This document shows positions 26,368 through 35,349 of a DNA stretch of 64,000 bases, piece after piece. Source of the stretch: Chitinophagaceae bacterium (lineage in GTDB: Bacteria; Bacteroidota; Bacteroidia; Chitinophagales; Chitinophagaceae); assembly GCA_019747705.1 (NCBI GenBank), contig JAIEQM010000019.1, positions 1,921 to 65,920 on the forward strand, in the 5' to 3' direction. Under the pieces are notes generated by a model. The model was not told the origin of the DNA, did not search any database, and was given only the letters and a program-made list of their open reading frames with translations. Each line of letters starts with the position of its first letter. The stretch's first letter is position 1. A program made the translations under genes and the position numbers.

Positions 26368-27368
26368 ACATCCATCACATCTCTTTGTTCTTCTGCTGTT
26401 TTCTTAAATGCCTTGTTTACCAGGTACACACCGTAAAGTGTTACCAACCCGCCAATCATTAATACAGTAGTAAGCTTTTCATCAAAAATTAAAGCGCCCA
26501 GCAATACAGCAACAACGGGGTTAATGTATGCATAAATGCTGGCCTGCTCTGTGGGTAAATGCTGTAAAGAATATAAATAAGCAATAAATGCAATGATGGA
26601 ACCAAATACCACCAGGTAAGCAATAGCGCCCCATGATTGCCATGGAATATTGGGCGCCGGAATAAACTTAGGATCAAACGCAGAAATAAAAAACAAAGAT
26701 AATCCTGCAATTACCATCTGGAAACCCAATCCAAAATATGGATTGAATTTATTAGCGTGTTCTTTAGTATAGAGTGAACCAAAAGCCCATGTCCATGTAG
26801 CAATTAAGCTGAGTATGATTCCAAAACGAAAATCAGGGTTGAGAAAGTCTTTTAAATGATCATAAAAAATAATACACACACCTGCAAAACCCAGTATCAA
26901 ACCCACAATAGCTTTAGCTGGAATTTTTTCTTTGCTTGAAAACAAACCAATAATTACCAGCCATAATGGAAAGATGGCGCCAATGATTGAGCCCAAACCT
27001 GCCGAAATATATTTTACACCCCATGTACTCAAACCATTGCTGCAAACAAAATTTAAAAATGCCAGGATGATGAGCGGAAAAATATCTTTTGCTTTGGGCC
27101 ATGAGTGGCCTTTAATAAAAAAATAAGCGAGATAAATACTGCCGCCAATCATTTGGCGGATGCCGGCCATTTCCAGCGCAGGCATATGCTTCACGCCCTG
27201 CTTGGAAGCCAGCCAGGTAGTGCCCCATAATATACTTACCACTGCCAGTGCAAAAATAGCTTTGGCCCCTGTTCCTTTTTGACGTATGGTTAACGGATTA
27301 AGCGCTGATAAACTTTTTACAGCATCAGTTGCAGTGTTGATTGATTTATTGAAACTTGGTTTACGCAT
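26364..27368 (-). CDS. EamA/DMT-family transporter
   Basis: 334 aa with about 10 TM segments and two EamA-like halves. Confidence 0.8.
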   Translation of the reverse strand: MRKPSFNKSINTATDAVKSLSALNPLTIRQKGTGAKAIFALAVVSILWGTTWLASKQGVKHMPALEMAGIRQMIGGSIYLAYFFIKGHSWPKAKDIFPLIILAFLNFVCSNGLSTWGVKYISAGLGSIIGAIFPLWLVIIGLFSSKEKIPAKAIVGLILGFAGVCIIFYDHLKDFLNPDFRFGIILSLIATWTWAFGSLYTKEHANKFNPYFGLGFQMVIAGLSLFFISAFDPKFIPAPNIPWQSWGAIAYLVVFGSIIAFIAYLYSLQHLPTEQASIYAYINPVVAVLLGALIFDEKLTTVLMIGGLVTLYGVYLVNKAFKKTAEEQRDVMDV

Positions 27369-27407
27369 ACCTCATCCTCCATCTCCTTCTCCTTAAAGAG
27401 GAGGAGC
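27369..27407 (-). repeat. hairpin element, family B, directly upstream of the EamA start codon
   Basis: Minus strand GCTCCTCCTCTTTAAGGAGAAGGAGATGGAGGATGAGGT, compare 12246-12284. Confidence 0.7.
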
Positions 27408-27530
27408 GGTGCTGTATATCACTATTCTTCATTTTGTTCATCCAAATCATCTATTGAACTGTAATCAAAAAAAATTAAACCACCCTCATTTTATAATTAT
27501 CTGTAACAAGCTTGGGCTGCGCCAAGCAAT

Positions 27531-27560
27531 CCTGCCCCTTGGGGGGGAGTTAGAAGGGGC
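27531..27560 (+). repeat. GC-rich hairpin + G-tract element abutting the purH stop codon
   Basis: cctgccccttgggggggagttagaaggggc, immediately 3' of the purH stop (27561-27563). Confidence 0.55.
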
Positions 27561-29156
27561 TTAATGTTTAAAATGCCTCATCCCTGTAATCACCATTGCT
27601 AAGTTATGCCCTTTGCAATACGCAATGGAATCATTATCACGAATAGAACCTCCCGGCTGAATAAATGCTGTAATACCTGCTGCATGACCCATCTGCACAC
27701 AATCATTAAACGGAAAGAAGGCATCACTGGCCATTACTGCTCCTTTTAAATCAAAATTAAATTGCTTTGCTTTTTCTACTGACTGACGAAGTGAATCAAT
27801 ACGGCTGGTTTGTCCGCAACCCTTACCCACCAGCTGTTTATTTTTTACCAATGCAATGGCATTACTTTTTAGATGTTTGCAGACGAGGTTGGCAAAAATT
27901 AAATCTTCTTTTTCAGTTGAAGATGTTTCTCTGCCGCCTGCTTCTTTCCATTCAGTGTAATTACCTTCATCTGTTCCCTGTACCAGCACACCGTTGAGTA
28001 ATGATTTAAACTGGTCTTTGACAGAAGGCTGATTTTTTAATTGCAGTAAGATGCGGTTCTTCTTTGATTTTAAGATGCTCAATGCATCTTCATTAAACGA
28101 TGGTGCAATGAGCACTTCAAAAAATATTTCATTGATGGCATCGGCTGTTGCTTTATCAATTTCGCCATTGCAAACCAGCACACCGCCGAATGCACTTTCG
28201 GGGTCGCCTGCCAGTGCTGCATTCCAGCTTTCTTTTACTGTTGAGCGTTGTGCCACACCGCATACATTAGTATGTTTGATGATGGCAAAAACGGCCCCCT
28301 CCGCCCCCCGAGGGGGAACTGCTGCTGCACCTGCCCCGCTTTGCAACGATGCTGATGAATCATTGAACTCTCTTATGAGTTGCATAGCAGCATCCACATC
28401 AACGAGGTTATTGTAAGAGAGTTCTTTTCCATTCAATTGTTGAAACAGTTCATCAAGATTACCATAGAACCGTGCAGTTTGATGCGGATTTTCGCCATAG
28501 CGTAAAATCTTTTCTTCTTGGTTGAAAGGAGTTTCAATTGCCGATTGATGAAAATAATTGCTGATGGCCGTATCATAAGCCGTACATACATCAAATGCTT
28601 TAATGGCAAAACTTCTTCTTTGTTCATAAGAGGTTTCGCCATTTTGATTGCGAAGGATTTCTTCAAGCACTGCATATTCTTTTTTGGCTGCCAGCACCAC
28701 CACATCTTTATGATTTTTGGCAGCAGCACGGATCATGGAAGGCCCGCCGATATCTATCTTTTCAATAATGGCTTTTTCTTTTTCATCATCTCCGCCTTGA
28801 AAGGCGGAGCTATTCACCGCTTGCACGGTTTCTTCAAACGGATATAAATCCACAATCACCAAATCCATTTCAGGAATATTGTACTGTTTCATTTCTGCCA
28901 GATGCTGTTCATCATCCCGCTTGCCGAGGATACCACCAAATACGGAAGGGTGTAATGTTTTAACTCTGCCGCCCAAAATGGATGGATAGGTTGTAAGATT
29001 TTCAACCGGCACAACAGGAATACCCAGCTTTTCAATAAAACTTTGTGTGCCGCTGGTAGAATAAAGAATAACACCCTGCTGATGTAATAACTGAACGAGA
29101 GAATCCAAACCATCTTTATAAAAAACAGAAATGAGTGCTGATTGAATTTTTTTCAT
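27561..29156 (-). CDS. purH: bifunctional AICAR formyltransferase / IMP cyclohydrolase PurH (with internal ~22-codon insertion)
   Basis: 531 aa, collinear with PurH: ALISVFYKDGL, GGRVKTLHP, DIGGPSMIRAAAKNH, IIKHTNVCGVA, MASDAFFPF, GGSIRD, RHFKH. Confidence 0.95.
   Translation of the reverse strand: MKKIQSALISVFYKDGLDSLVQLLHQQGVILYSTSGTQSFIEKLGIPVVPVENLTTYPSILGGRVKTLHPSVFGGILGKRDDEQHLAEMKQYNIPEMDLVIVDLYPFEETVQAVNSSAFQGGDDEKEKAIIEKIDIGGPSMIRAAAKNHKDVVVLAAKKEYAVLEEILRNQNGETSYEQRRSFAIKAFDVCTAYDTAISNYFHQSAIETPFNQEEKILRYGENPHQTARFYGNLDELFQQLNGKELSYNNLVDVDAAMQLIREFNDSSASLQSGAGAAAVPPRGAEGAVFAIIKHTNVCGVAQRSTVKESWNAALAGDPESAFGGVLVCNGEIDKATADAINEIFFEVLIAPSFNEDALSILKSKKNRILLQLKNQPSVKDQFKSLLNGVLVQGTDEGNYTEWKEAGGRETSSTEKEDLIFANLVCKHLKSNAIALVKNKQLVGKGCGQTSRIDSLRQSVEKAKQFNFDLKGAVMASDAFFPFNDCVQMGHAAGITAFIQPGGSIRDNDSIAYCKGHNLAMVITGMRHFKH
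28293..28319 (-). repeat. GC-rich hairpin + G-tract element, family A, in frame in purH
   Basis: Gene strand GTTCCCCCTCGGGGGGCGGAGGGGGCC encodes VPPRGAEGA. It is nearly identical to the paaB copy. Confidence 0.8.
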
Positions 29157-29368
29157 GTGTTCCTTTTTATTTTAAATTTTTGCCACAACTTGTCCCGTCA
29201 TCTGCGGGATAGTATAATCATTAAAAATTATCATCCCGGTTGGTATAAAGGCGGGCTGCTAATTTTTAATGATTATTTCATGTTTGGAAGAAACTTTACC
29301 ACGAAGTTGCAAAGTCACAAAGAAGTGACCTTAGAGTCTTCGTGTCTTTGTGGTAAAAAATTGAGCAG

Positions 29369-29376
29369 CAAAGGTA
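29369..29376 (-). promoter_or_regulatory. Bacteroidota -7 promoter box TAccTTTG for purH
   Basis: Minus strand GCTACCTTTGCTGC, just after the comEC stop and ~210 nt upstream of the purH ATG. Confidence 0.5.
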
Positions 29377-29381
29377 GCGGT

Positions 29382-31454
29382 CTACAGGTTCATCACAAAA
29401 GCGCCTTGTTCACTTGTTGTGTAAAACGGAATGTGCAAACGTTCGCAATCCTTTTGCCACAGTTTTATTTTCCACAAAGGATTGGAGCTGTCGAAAATGA
29501 TGAGCCCCGGTTCAATGCTTTTGATCAGTTGATCAATGTACAATTTTGGGTTTTTGGAAATGATCACAACATCAGCTTTAATTGTGGCATCCAATTCCCG
29601 GAACTGATAGCTTGAGTTGATAAAAACAATTTTCTTTTGCCTGATGTTTAAAACTGCTTGTTCAAATAAGTTGGGAGGGAGTGAATGATGATATGTGCGG
29701 TACAAAATACGGGATGGTTTTAAATGAAAATTTCTTAAAAACCCATCCTGCAGCAATACCGTATCACCATTGAACAAATACTGATTACCCAGCATAATGT
29801 CTGCAGCCGCATGTTGCGATAAATTGTACACCACCAGTTTTTGCTGAGTCCTTGCCCGGTATTCATATAAAGCCTGTACACCAAAAAAGAGAACAAGAAA
29901 ACCTAAACTCCATTTTAATGCTGTTGCATTTTTCTGTAATAACCATACTGCTGTTGCAGCAATAAAAAGATAGAGCAATACCGTTTGCAAAGGGCTGTGC
30001 TGAATACCATCAGTTACAGCAAACGAAAAATGATCCACCCATGTAATAAACCCGTTCATCCATTTTAATAAATAAGTGAGAATAACACCAACAGCATTTG
30101 AGAGAAACGGAGAGAAGGAAACAGCAATCAGTAATATCTCACCAAACAAAATCAAGCTGCTTAATGGCACCGCCACAAAATTGGTAATAAGAAATAAATT
30201 CGGCGCCTGGTGAAAATGATACATACATAACGGCAGTGTAAGAATTTGTGCTGATAGTGTAACGGCACAAAGTTGCCATCCTTTATCCAGCAGCATATTG
30301 GAAATGCTGAACCAGTGATAGATGGGTTTCATAAACAGCACAATACTAAGTACTGCAGCATACGAAAGCTGAAAGCCAACATCCCACAATAAAAACGGGT
30401 TCCATAAAAGCATGATGAATGCAGAAAGGGCCATGCTGTTATAAATATTTCCCTTCCGGCCTGCTATATCTCCCAATGCAATAATGGTAAACATAATGGC
30501 TGCTCTTACAACCGAAGCACCCGCACCCGTGAGCAAACTGAAAATCCAGAGTAGTGCAACCGCAATCAACGGTTTCAGCCATTTCAATTGTTTCTTTTTG
30601 TCTAATGGTTTTAACAGAAAAAGCAGCAGCCAGTAAATTAACCCTAAATGCAAACCACTGATGGCAATTACATGCACCACCCCTGTATTGCTGTATGCCT
30701 GTACCAAATCCCTGTCCAGGTCATCACGATAGCCAATCAGCAATGCTTCAGCCACACTTACTGATTCATCACCTTTTATATTTCTACGGATTACATCAAG
30801 AATATATGCTTTGGTATCAAACAGCCATTTATAAAATGCAGATTGCTTGGTTTGAGAAAGAATAGTGTAATCCCTGCTGTTTAAAAATAATTGATGAGTG
30901 ATACCATTGAAAAGAGCATAACGTTTGTAATCAAACCCTCCCGGGTTGCCTGCATTTTCAACCAGCGGAATGAGTTTATCAGTTGCAAGAATGCTTCCGT
31001 ATTTTAATGAAGGCGGGATACTGTCTTTTCTGAAATAAAGCATCAGGTCACCACTCACCTTCTTTGCTGTTCCATTATGAATAACCGTTTCAAACGTTGC
31101 AAGCGCTTTAAATGATTTTTCTTTTTCAGTTAATGGTTCTTTTAAACGGATGGTTACAATATCTTTTTCATGATAATTATTTCCCATCCATGCAGGTTCA
31201 TGCCAAACCTGTTTGAACCAAACCAATACAATTCCCGGGGCTATACAAAACAAAGTGATTATAATGCCTGGCAACCATTCATGAAAGAAATACAATTTTT
31301 CTGAAAGAAGAACCCGGAGAATAAACACCAGCCCCGCAGCCATCAGCAAATAAAAAGCTGCAGTGTAATACAATTGAAAATACCAGGCTGCAAGTATGCC
31401 TGCAGTTAATGGAAGAAGCAAACGCAGAAAAGGGATATTTCTCCAAAGCAGCAA
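29382..31454 (-). CDS. comEC: ComEC/Rec2-family DNA internalisation channel protein
   Basis: 690 aa, polytopic. The Competence-domain region reads NTGVVHVIAISGLHLGLIY...GAGASVVRAAIMF. Confidence 0.85.
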   Translation of the reverse strand: MLLWRNIPFLRLLLPLTAGILAAWYFQLYYTAAFYLLMAAGLVFILRVLLSEKLYFFHEWLPGIIITLFCIAPGIVLVWFKQVWHEPAWMGNNYHEKDIVTIRLKEPLTEKEKSFKALATFETVIHNGTAKKVSGDLMLYFRKDSIPPSLKYGSILATDKLIPLVENAGNPGGFDYKRYALFNGITHQLFLNSRDYTILSQTKQSAFYKWLFDTKAYILDVIRRNIKGDESVSVAEALLIGYRDDLDRDLVQAYSNTGVVHVIAISGLHLGLIYWLLLFLLKPLDKKKQLKWLKPLIAVALLWIFSLLTGAGASVVRAAIMFTIIALGDIAGRKGNIYNSMALSAFIMLLWNPFLLWDVGFQLSYAAVLSIVLFMKPIYHWFSISNMLLDKGWQLCAVTLSAQILTLPLCMYHFHQAPNLFLITNFVAVPLSSLILFGEILLIAVSFSPFLSNAVGVILTYLLKWMNGFITWVDHFSFAVTDGIQHSPLQTVLLYLFIAATAVWLLQKNATALKWSLGFLVLFFGVQALYEYRARTQQKLVVYNLSQHAAADIMLGNQYLFNGDTVLLQDGFLRNFHLKPSRILYRTYHHSLPPNLFEQAVLNIRQKKIVFINSSYQFRELDATIKADVVIISKNPKLYIDQLIKSIEPGLIIFDSSNPLWKIKLWQKDCERLHIPFYTTSEQGAFVMNL

Positions 31455-31518
31455 TGTGAAAAATTTGGAGATATAAGATAAAAATTATGTTTCATTTGCA
31501 AAACATAAAATTCAATTT

Positions 31519-31992
31519 TTATTTTTCACCCAATAAATTTTTAAGAAAAGCAATTTGCCCCAAATGATAAATATTGTGTTGTATCAACCCATTGAGCAAA
31601 AAGCGGTAATTGTAATCCCTGTTGGGTAACTTTTCACTCAGCAATGCATCATCCTTTGTTTGCAAAACAGCCACCAGTTCTTTATGCGTTTGTTCCAGCT
31701 CTTCTATGGCGGCATTCCATGTATGCACTTTGGGGTCAATGCCCCGCCAGTTGGCCGGTATTTCGCCCACATTGCCTTCAGCGATCTTTCCATTTACAGC
31801 ATCCACGGTAAAATGCATCCAGGCAATCATGTGGTAGAGTATTTCAATAGCTGCATGAGAATTTTTAGGATTGATGTACACCACCGCCGGGTGAATTTTT
31901 TTGAGCATGGTTACCACTGCATCACCATACCAGGGCTGTACATACATTACATTCTCCATATTGCGGATGATGGACTGAAGTTCTTTATTCAT
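31519..31992 (-). CDS. DinB-superfamily protein
   Basis: 157 aa four-helix-bundle metalloenzyme-like, with the conserved His pattern HMIAW...H...H. Confidence 0.7.
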   Translation of the reverse strand: MNKELQSIIRNMENVMYVQPWYGDAVVTMLKKIHPAVVYINPKNSHAAIEILYHMIAWMHFTVDAVNGKIAEGNVGEIPANWRGIDPKVHTWNAAIEELEQTHKELVAVLQTKDDALLSEKLPNRDYNYRFLLNGLIQHNIYHLGQIAFLKNLLGEK

Positions 31993-32043
31993 ACATGAAA
32001 GTTACAAAGGATTTTTTTACCCGGTTTATGACCACATAAAAAA

Positions 32044-32075
32044 AGAGGCTGTCTCAAAAGTCTGAGACAGCCTCT
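32044..32075 (-). terminator. rho-independent terminator downstream of tsf
   Basis: agaggctgtctcaaaagtctgagacagcctct (13 bp stem) followed on the minus strand by a T-run. A half copy (ttttgagacagcctct) lies at 32139-32156. Confidence 0.75.
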
Positions 32076-32180
32076 TGTTATTCGGTAAGGTGATGGAGAA
32101 AGTTTTCGTTTATGCGATTCTCAAAGCCTTCATTTTACTTTTGAGACAGCCTCTCTTCATTTATCATTTGCATAAAACAA

Positions 32181-33017
32181 TTAACCTAAAGCCACTCGCT
32201 TAAACTCCGTCACTTTCACATCGCCTGCGCTCTTGAGGTAATCACCCACGCTCATGCTACTGTCTTTTACAAAAGCCTGTGCTGTTAATGTTTGCTCTTT
32301 AAAGAATGCATTCATTTTTCCTTCAGCAATTTTAGCCATCATTTCTTCAGGCTTGCCTGCCATTTTAGGATCCTGCTTCATCAGTTCCATAATAATATCT
32401 TTTTCACGTGCCACCACATCAGCAGGAACACTTGCAGCATCAACCGCCACAGGGTTCATGGCAGCAATCTGCATAGCCACATCTTTACCTGCTTCTTCAG
32501 CTTCTTTGCTCATACCCACCAGTACACCCATACGGTAAGCGCCATGAATATAAGATGCCACATAAGGAGCTTCAATTCTTTCAAAACGGCTGATGCCAAT
32601 TTTCTCACCAATAGCCGCCAGCTTATCATTGATCATATCGGCAACTTTTGCACCGTTGATCACCACTTCATTCAATTCATCTGCACTCTTAACATTGTTG
32701 GCAACTGCTGCATCAGCAATAGATTTTGCAAACGCAACAAACTCAGCATTCTTACTTACAAAATCTGTTTCGCAACTGATGCAAACAACAAAACCTGTTT
32801 TGTTATCGCTGCTGGTAGCTGCAATCACAACGCCTTCTTTTGCTTCACGGTCGCTGCGTTTGGCAGCCACTTTTTGGCCCTGCTTGCGCAACCAGTCAAT
32901 AGCAGCTTCAAAATCGCCATTGGTTTCAGTTAACGCTTTGCGGCAATCCATCATACCGGCACCTGTTGCCTGGCGGAGTTTATTAATATCCTTTGCACTG
33001 ATTGTTACTGTAGCCAT
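32181..33017 (-). CDS. tsf: translation elongation factor Ts
   Basis: Start moved to MATVTISAKDINKLRQATGAGMMDCRKAL (canonical EF-Ts N-terminus). Confidence 0.95.
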   Translation of the reverse strand: MATVTISAKDINKLRQATGAGMMDCRKALTETNGDFEAAIDWLRKQGQKVAAKRSDREAKEGVVIAATSSDNKTGFVVCISCETDFVSKNAEFVAFAKSIADAAVANNVKSADELNEVVINGAKVADMINDKLAAIGEKIGISRFERIEAPYVASYIHGAYRMGVLVGMSKEAEEAGKDVAMQIAAMNPVAVDAASVPADVVAREKDIIMELMKQDPKMAGKPEEMMAKIAEGKMNAFFKEQTLTAQAFVKDSSMSVGDYLKSAGDVKVTEFKRVALG

Positions 33018-33076
33018 AATTTCAATTTGAAAACCTGCCAACCGGCAGGTTGGTTTATAAATTTGAGTATTTTAAA

Positions 33077-33122
33077 AATGCTTTCTGCAAAAGTTCATCA
33101 ATAAACTCAGGCAGAAAGCATT
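33077..33122 (-). terminator. hairpin/terminator between rpsB and tsf
   Basis: aatgctttctgc...gcagaaagcatt (12 bp arms) followed on the minus strand by TTTTTAAAAT. Confidence 0.5.
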
Positions 33123-33186
33123 TTCATTTTGTGTTATTGTTAATAACTGAAGTATTCTTCTTTACATCCTACCTCTCACTTCACTC

Positions 33187-34077
33187 TTATCTTGCAGAAG
33201 TACGTTTTTGTGTGCTGGGTACACGGCGCTTGGGGCCACCGGCGCCACCGCCTGCTGTGTTACCACCACGCCCACCGGCACCACGGCCGCCACGTCCGCC
33301 ACGCTCTTTACCTTCTTCACCACCTTCATCAAACTTGGACCCACGGTCAGTTACTTCTTCTTCTGTTTCTTCTTCTTTTTCAACCTGGCGCTCAGCAAGA
33401 CCTTCTGCAATAGCAGCAGTAATGTATTGTGTAAGAATGGCAATCGATTTTGTTGCATCATCATTACCCGGAATAGAGAAATCAACTTTATTGGGATCGC
33501 AGTTGGTATCCACCAAACCGAATGTAGTTACACCCAAACGCTTGGCTTCAGACAAAGCAATATGCTCATGGCCAATATCCACCAGGAACAAAGCAGCAGG
33601 AATACGGCCCATGTTGGCAATACCGCCCAATACTTTTTCCATCTTTTCTTTATCACGGCTCAGTTGCAGACGCTCTTTCTTGGTGATATTGTCAAACGTA
33701 CCATCGTTCAGCATTTTTTCAATGCTCTGCATTTTCTTCACGCTCTTGCGAACGGTGTTGAAGTTGGTGAGCATACCACCCAACCAGCGGTCGGTTACAT
33801 AAGGCATGTTCACCTTTTGTGCACACTCGGTAACAATTTCCTTTGCCTGCTTTTTAGTAGCCACAAACATGATTTTTTTACCACTGCGTGCAATTTGTTT
33901 CATAGCTGCAGCAGCTTCCTGCAACCCTTCAACGGTTTTGTTGAGGTCAATGATGTGAATGCCTTTCTTTTCAGCAAAGATGTAAGGCAGCATCCTGGGG
34001 TTCCACTTCTTTTTAAGGTGACCAAAATGTACACCTGCTTCGAGTAACTGCTGTTGTAATGAAGTGTTATTTTCCAT
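33187..34077 (-). CDS. rpsB: 30S ribosomal protein S2 with Gly/Arg-rich C-terminal tail
   Basis: 296 aa with LLEAGVHFGHLKKKWNPRM and a conserved core. Tail: GGEEGKERGGRGGRGAGGRGGNTAGGGAGGPKRR. Confidence 0.95.
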   Translation of the reverse strand: MENNTSLQQQLLEAGVHFGHLKKKWNPRMLPYIFAEKKGIHIIDLNKTVEGLQEAAAAMKQIARSGKKIMFVATKKQAKEIVTECAQKVNMPYVTDRWLGGMLTNFNTVRKSVKKMQSIEKMLNDGTFDNITKKERLQLSRDKEKMEKVLGGIANMGRIPAALFLVDIGHEHIALSEAKRLGVTTFGLVDTNCDPNKVDFSIPGNDDATKSIAILTQYITAAIAEGLAERQVEKEEETEEEVTDRGSKFDEGGEEGKERGGRGGRGAGGRGGNTAGGGAGGPKRRVPSTQKRTSAR

Positions 34078-34170
34078 TATGAATTGTTTATCGTTTTTAG
34101 TTTTTTGTTTTGTATCAGGATGTGTGGAAGCAGTTTTATAAAAACCACCGGCACATAACCATAAACGGTA

Positions 34171-34560
34171 TTAACGTTTAGAGAACTGGAAGCTTCTGCG
34201 GGCTTTCTTCTTACCAAATTTCTTACGTTCAACACCACGTGGGTCACGCTTGAGCATGCCTGCTGCTTTTAACACAGGGCGGTACTCTGCATTTACTTCC
34301 AGCAATGCACGGGCAATACCCAGTTTTACTGCTTCGGCCTGGCCTTTAATACCACCACCGGTAGCGTTGATCTTTACATCAAACTTATCTAAAGAGTCAA
34401 TACTCTTTAAAGGAGCTTCCACCTGGTTTTGCAAATACACCAGGCTGAAATATTCTTTGTAGTTTTTATCGTTCACAGTAATAGTACCATTTCCCTTGCT
34501 GATGAACACTCGGGTAATGGCTTCTTTACGGCGACCAACTGCATTTTTTTGCTTTTCCAT
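34171..34560 (-). CDS. rpsI: 30S ribosomal protein S9
   Basis: 129 aa ending KKFGKKKARRSFQFSKR. Confidence 0.95.
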   Translation of the reverse strand: MEKQKNAVGRRKEAITRVFISKGNGTITVNDKNYKEYFSLVYLQNQVEAPLKSIDSLDKFDVKINATGGGIKGQAEAVKLGIARALLEVNAEYRPVLKAAGMLKRDPRGVERKKFGKKKARRSFQFSKR

Positions 34561-34573
34561 TTCTATTTTTTTT

Positions 34574-34597
34574 ACTCCCCTTCAGGGGATGGGGGTT
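34574..34597 (+). repeat. GC-rich hairpin + G-tract element between rplM and rpsI
   Basis: actccccttcaggggatgggggtt, abutting the rplM stop codon. Confidence 0.65.
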
Positions 34598-35040
34598 TAG
34601 AATTTCAGTTCTTTTGGTTGTTGTGCTTTGTGGGCATGCTCTGCGCCGGCATACACAAACAACTTCTTGTACATCCTGCGGCCGAGGCGGTTTTTAGGAA
34701 GCATCCCTTTTACTGCACGCTCAATTACCACTTCCGGGCGGCGACGCATCAGATCTTTTGCAATTTCAATACGCTGACCACCGGGGTAACCGCTGAAGTT
34801 GTGGTACTCTTTGTACTCTTCTTTGTTACCGGTAAATTTTACCTTACCGGCATTAATTACAATTACATAATCTCCGCAATCAACATGAGGAGTGTAATAA
34901 GCTTTGTTTTTGCCACGCAATACCGCAGCAATCTTGGAGCACATACGACCAACGGTTTGATTGGTGCCGTCAACAACGTACCAGTTACGCTGCACGGTAG
35001 CCTCGTTCGCATGTTTAGTAGTGAAATGTAGTTTACTCAT
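34597..35040 (-). CDS. rplM: 50S ribosomal protein L13
   Basis: 147 aa with [25 protein letters not shown]. Confidence 0.95.
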   Translation of the reverse strand: MSKLHFTTKHANEATVQRNWYVVDGTNQTVGRMCSKIAAVLRGKNKAYYTPHVDCGDYVIVINAGKVKFTGNKEEYKEYHNFSGYPGGQRIEIAKDLMRRRPEVVIERAVKGMLPKNRLGRRMYKKLFVYAGAEHAHKAQQPKELKF

Positions 35041-35139
35041 TGTTTTTTGTTTTTATTTTTCCGCTTTGGCTTTTAGCGGCTGCGGAACCACGCCATCCCG
35101 TGGGTTTGTTTAAAAAATCCCGTTTTTTACAACGGGTCG

Positions 35140-35147
35140 CAAAGGTA
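35140..35147 (-). promoter_or_regulatory. Bacteroidota -7 promoter box TAccTTTG for rplM-rpsI
   Basis: Minus strand GCTACCTTTGCGACC, ~100 nt upstream of the rplM ATG. Confidence 0.55.
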
Positions 35148-35349
35148 GCGGCACTGCAACCAATAAACCAAAGAAAAAAGGAAGTATTTTTAAAGACACT
35201 TTTGCAAAGCGCTGGTTTTCAATTGAATTTTTGCTCAAAATTTTTTATGGCTATGAATTTCCCGCCAGCGCCACTCTAAAAACAAGGTAAAATTTGAAGA
35301 AAAAAGAAATGTGGGGCTGTGAGCTTCTGTTAATAATGGAGCTTTTGTT

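Noticed and set aside
29157-29376. ZTP (pfl) riboswitch upstream of purH
   Set aside because: This is the expected location, but I could not find the conserved ZTP elements (the GGGUCGUGAC-type 5' subdomain and the CCGCCUGGGC 3' subdomain) in the right order. The region is kept only as an unexplained structured leader.
32254-33030. Plus-strand ORFs of 94-213 aa opposite tsf
   Set aside because: Antisense shadows of EF-Ts with no independent signals.
33050-34047. Long plus-strand ORFs (250 aa and 279 aa) opposite rpsB
   Set aside because: They are antisense shadows of the highly conserved S2 gene. The P/R-rich and T/A-rich strings are the reverse-frame image of the GGN/CGN-rich S2 tail.
34429-35031. 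200-aa plus-strand ORF opposite rpsI/rplM
   Set aside because: Antisense shadow spanning two ribosomal protein genes.
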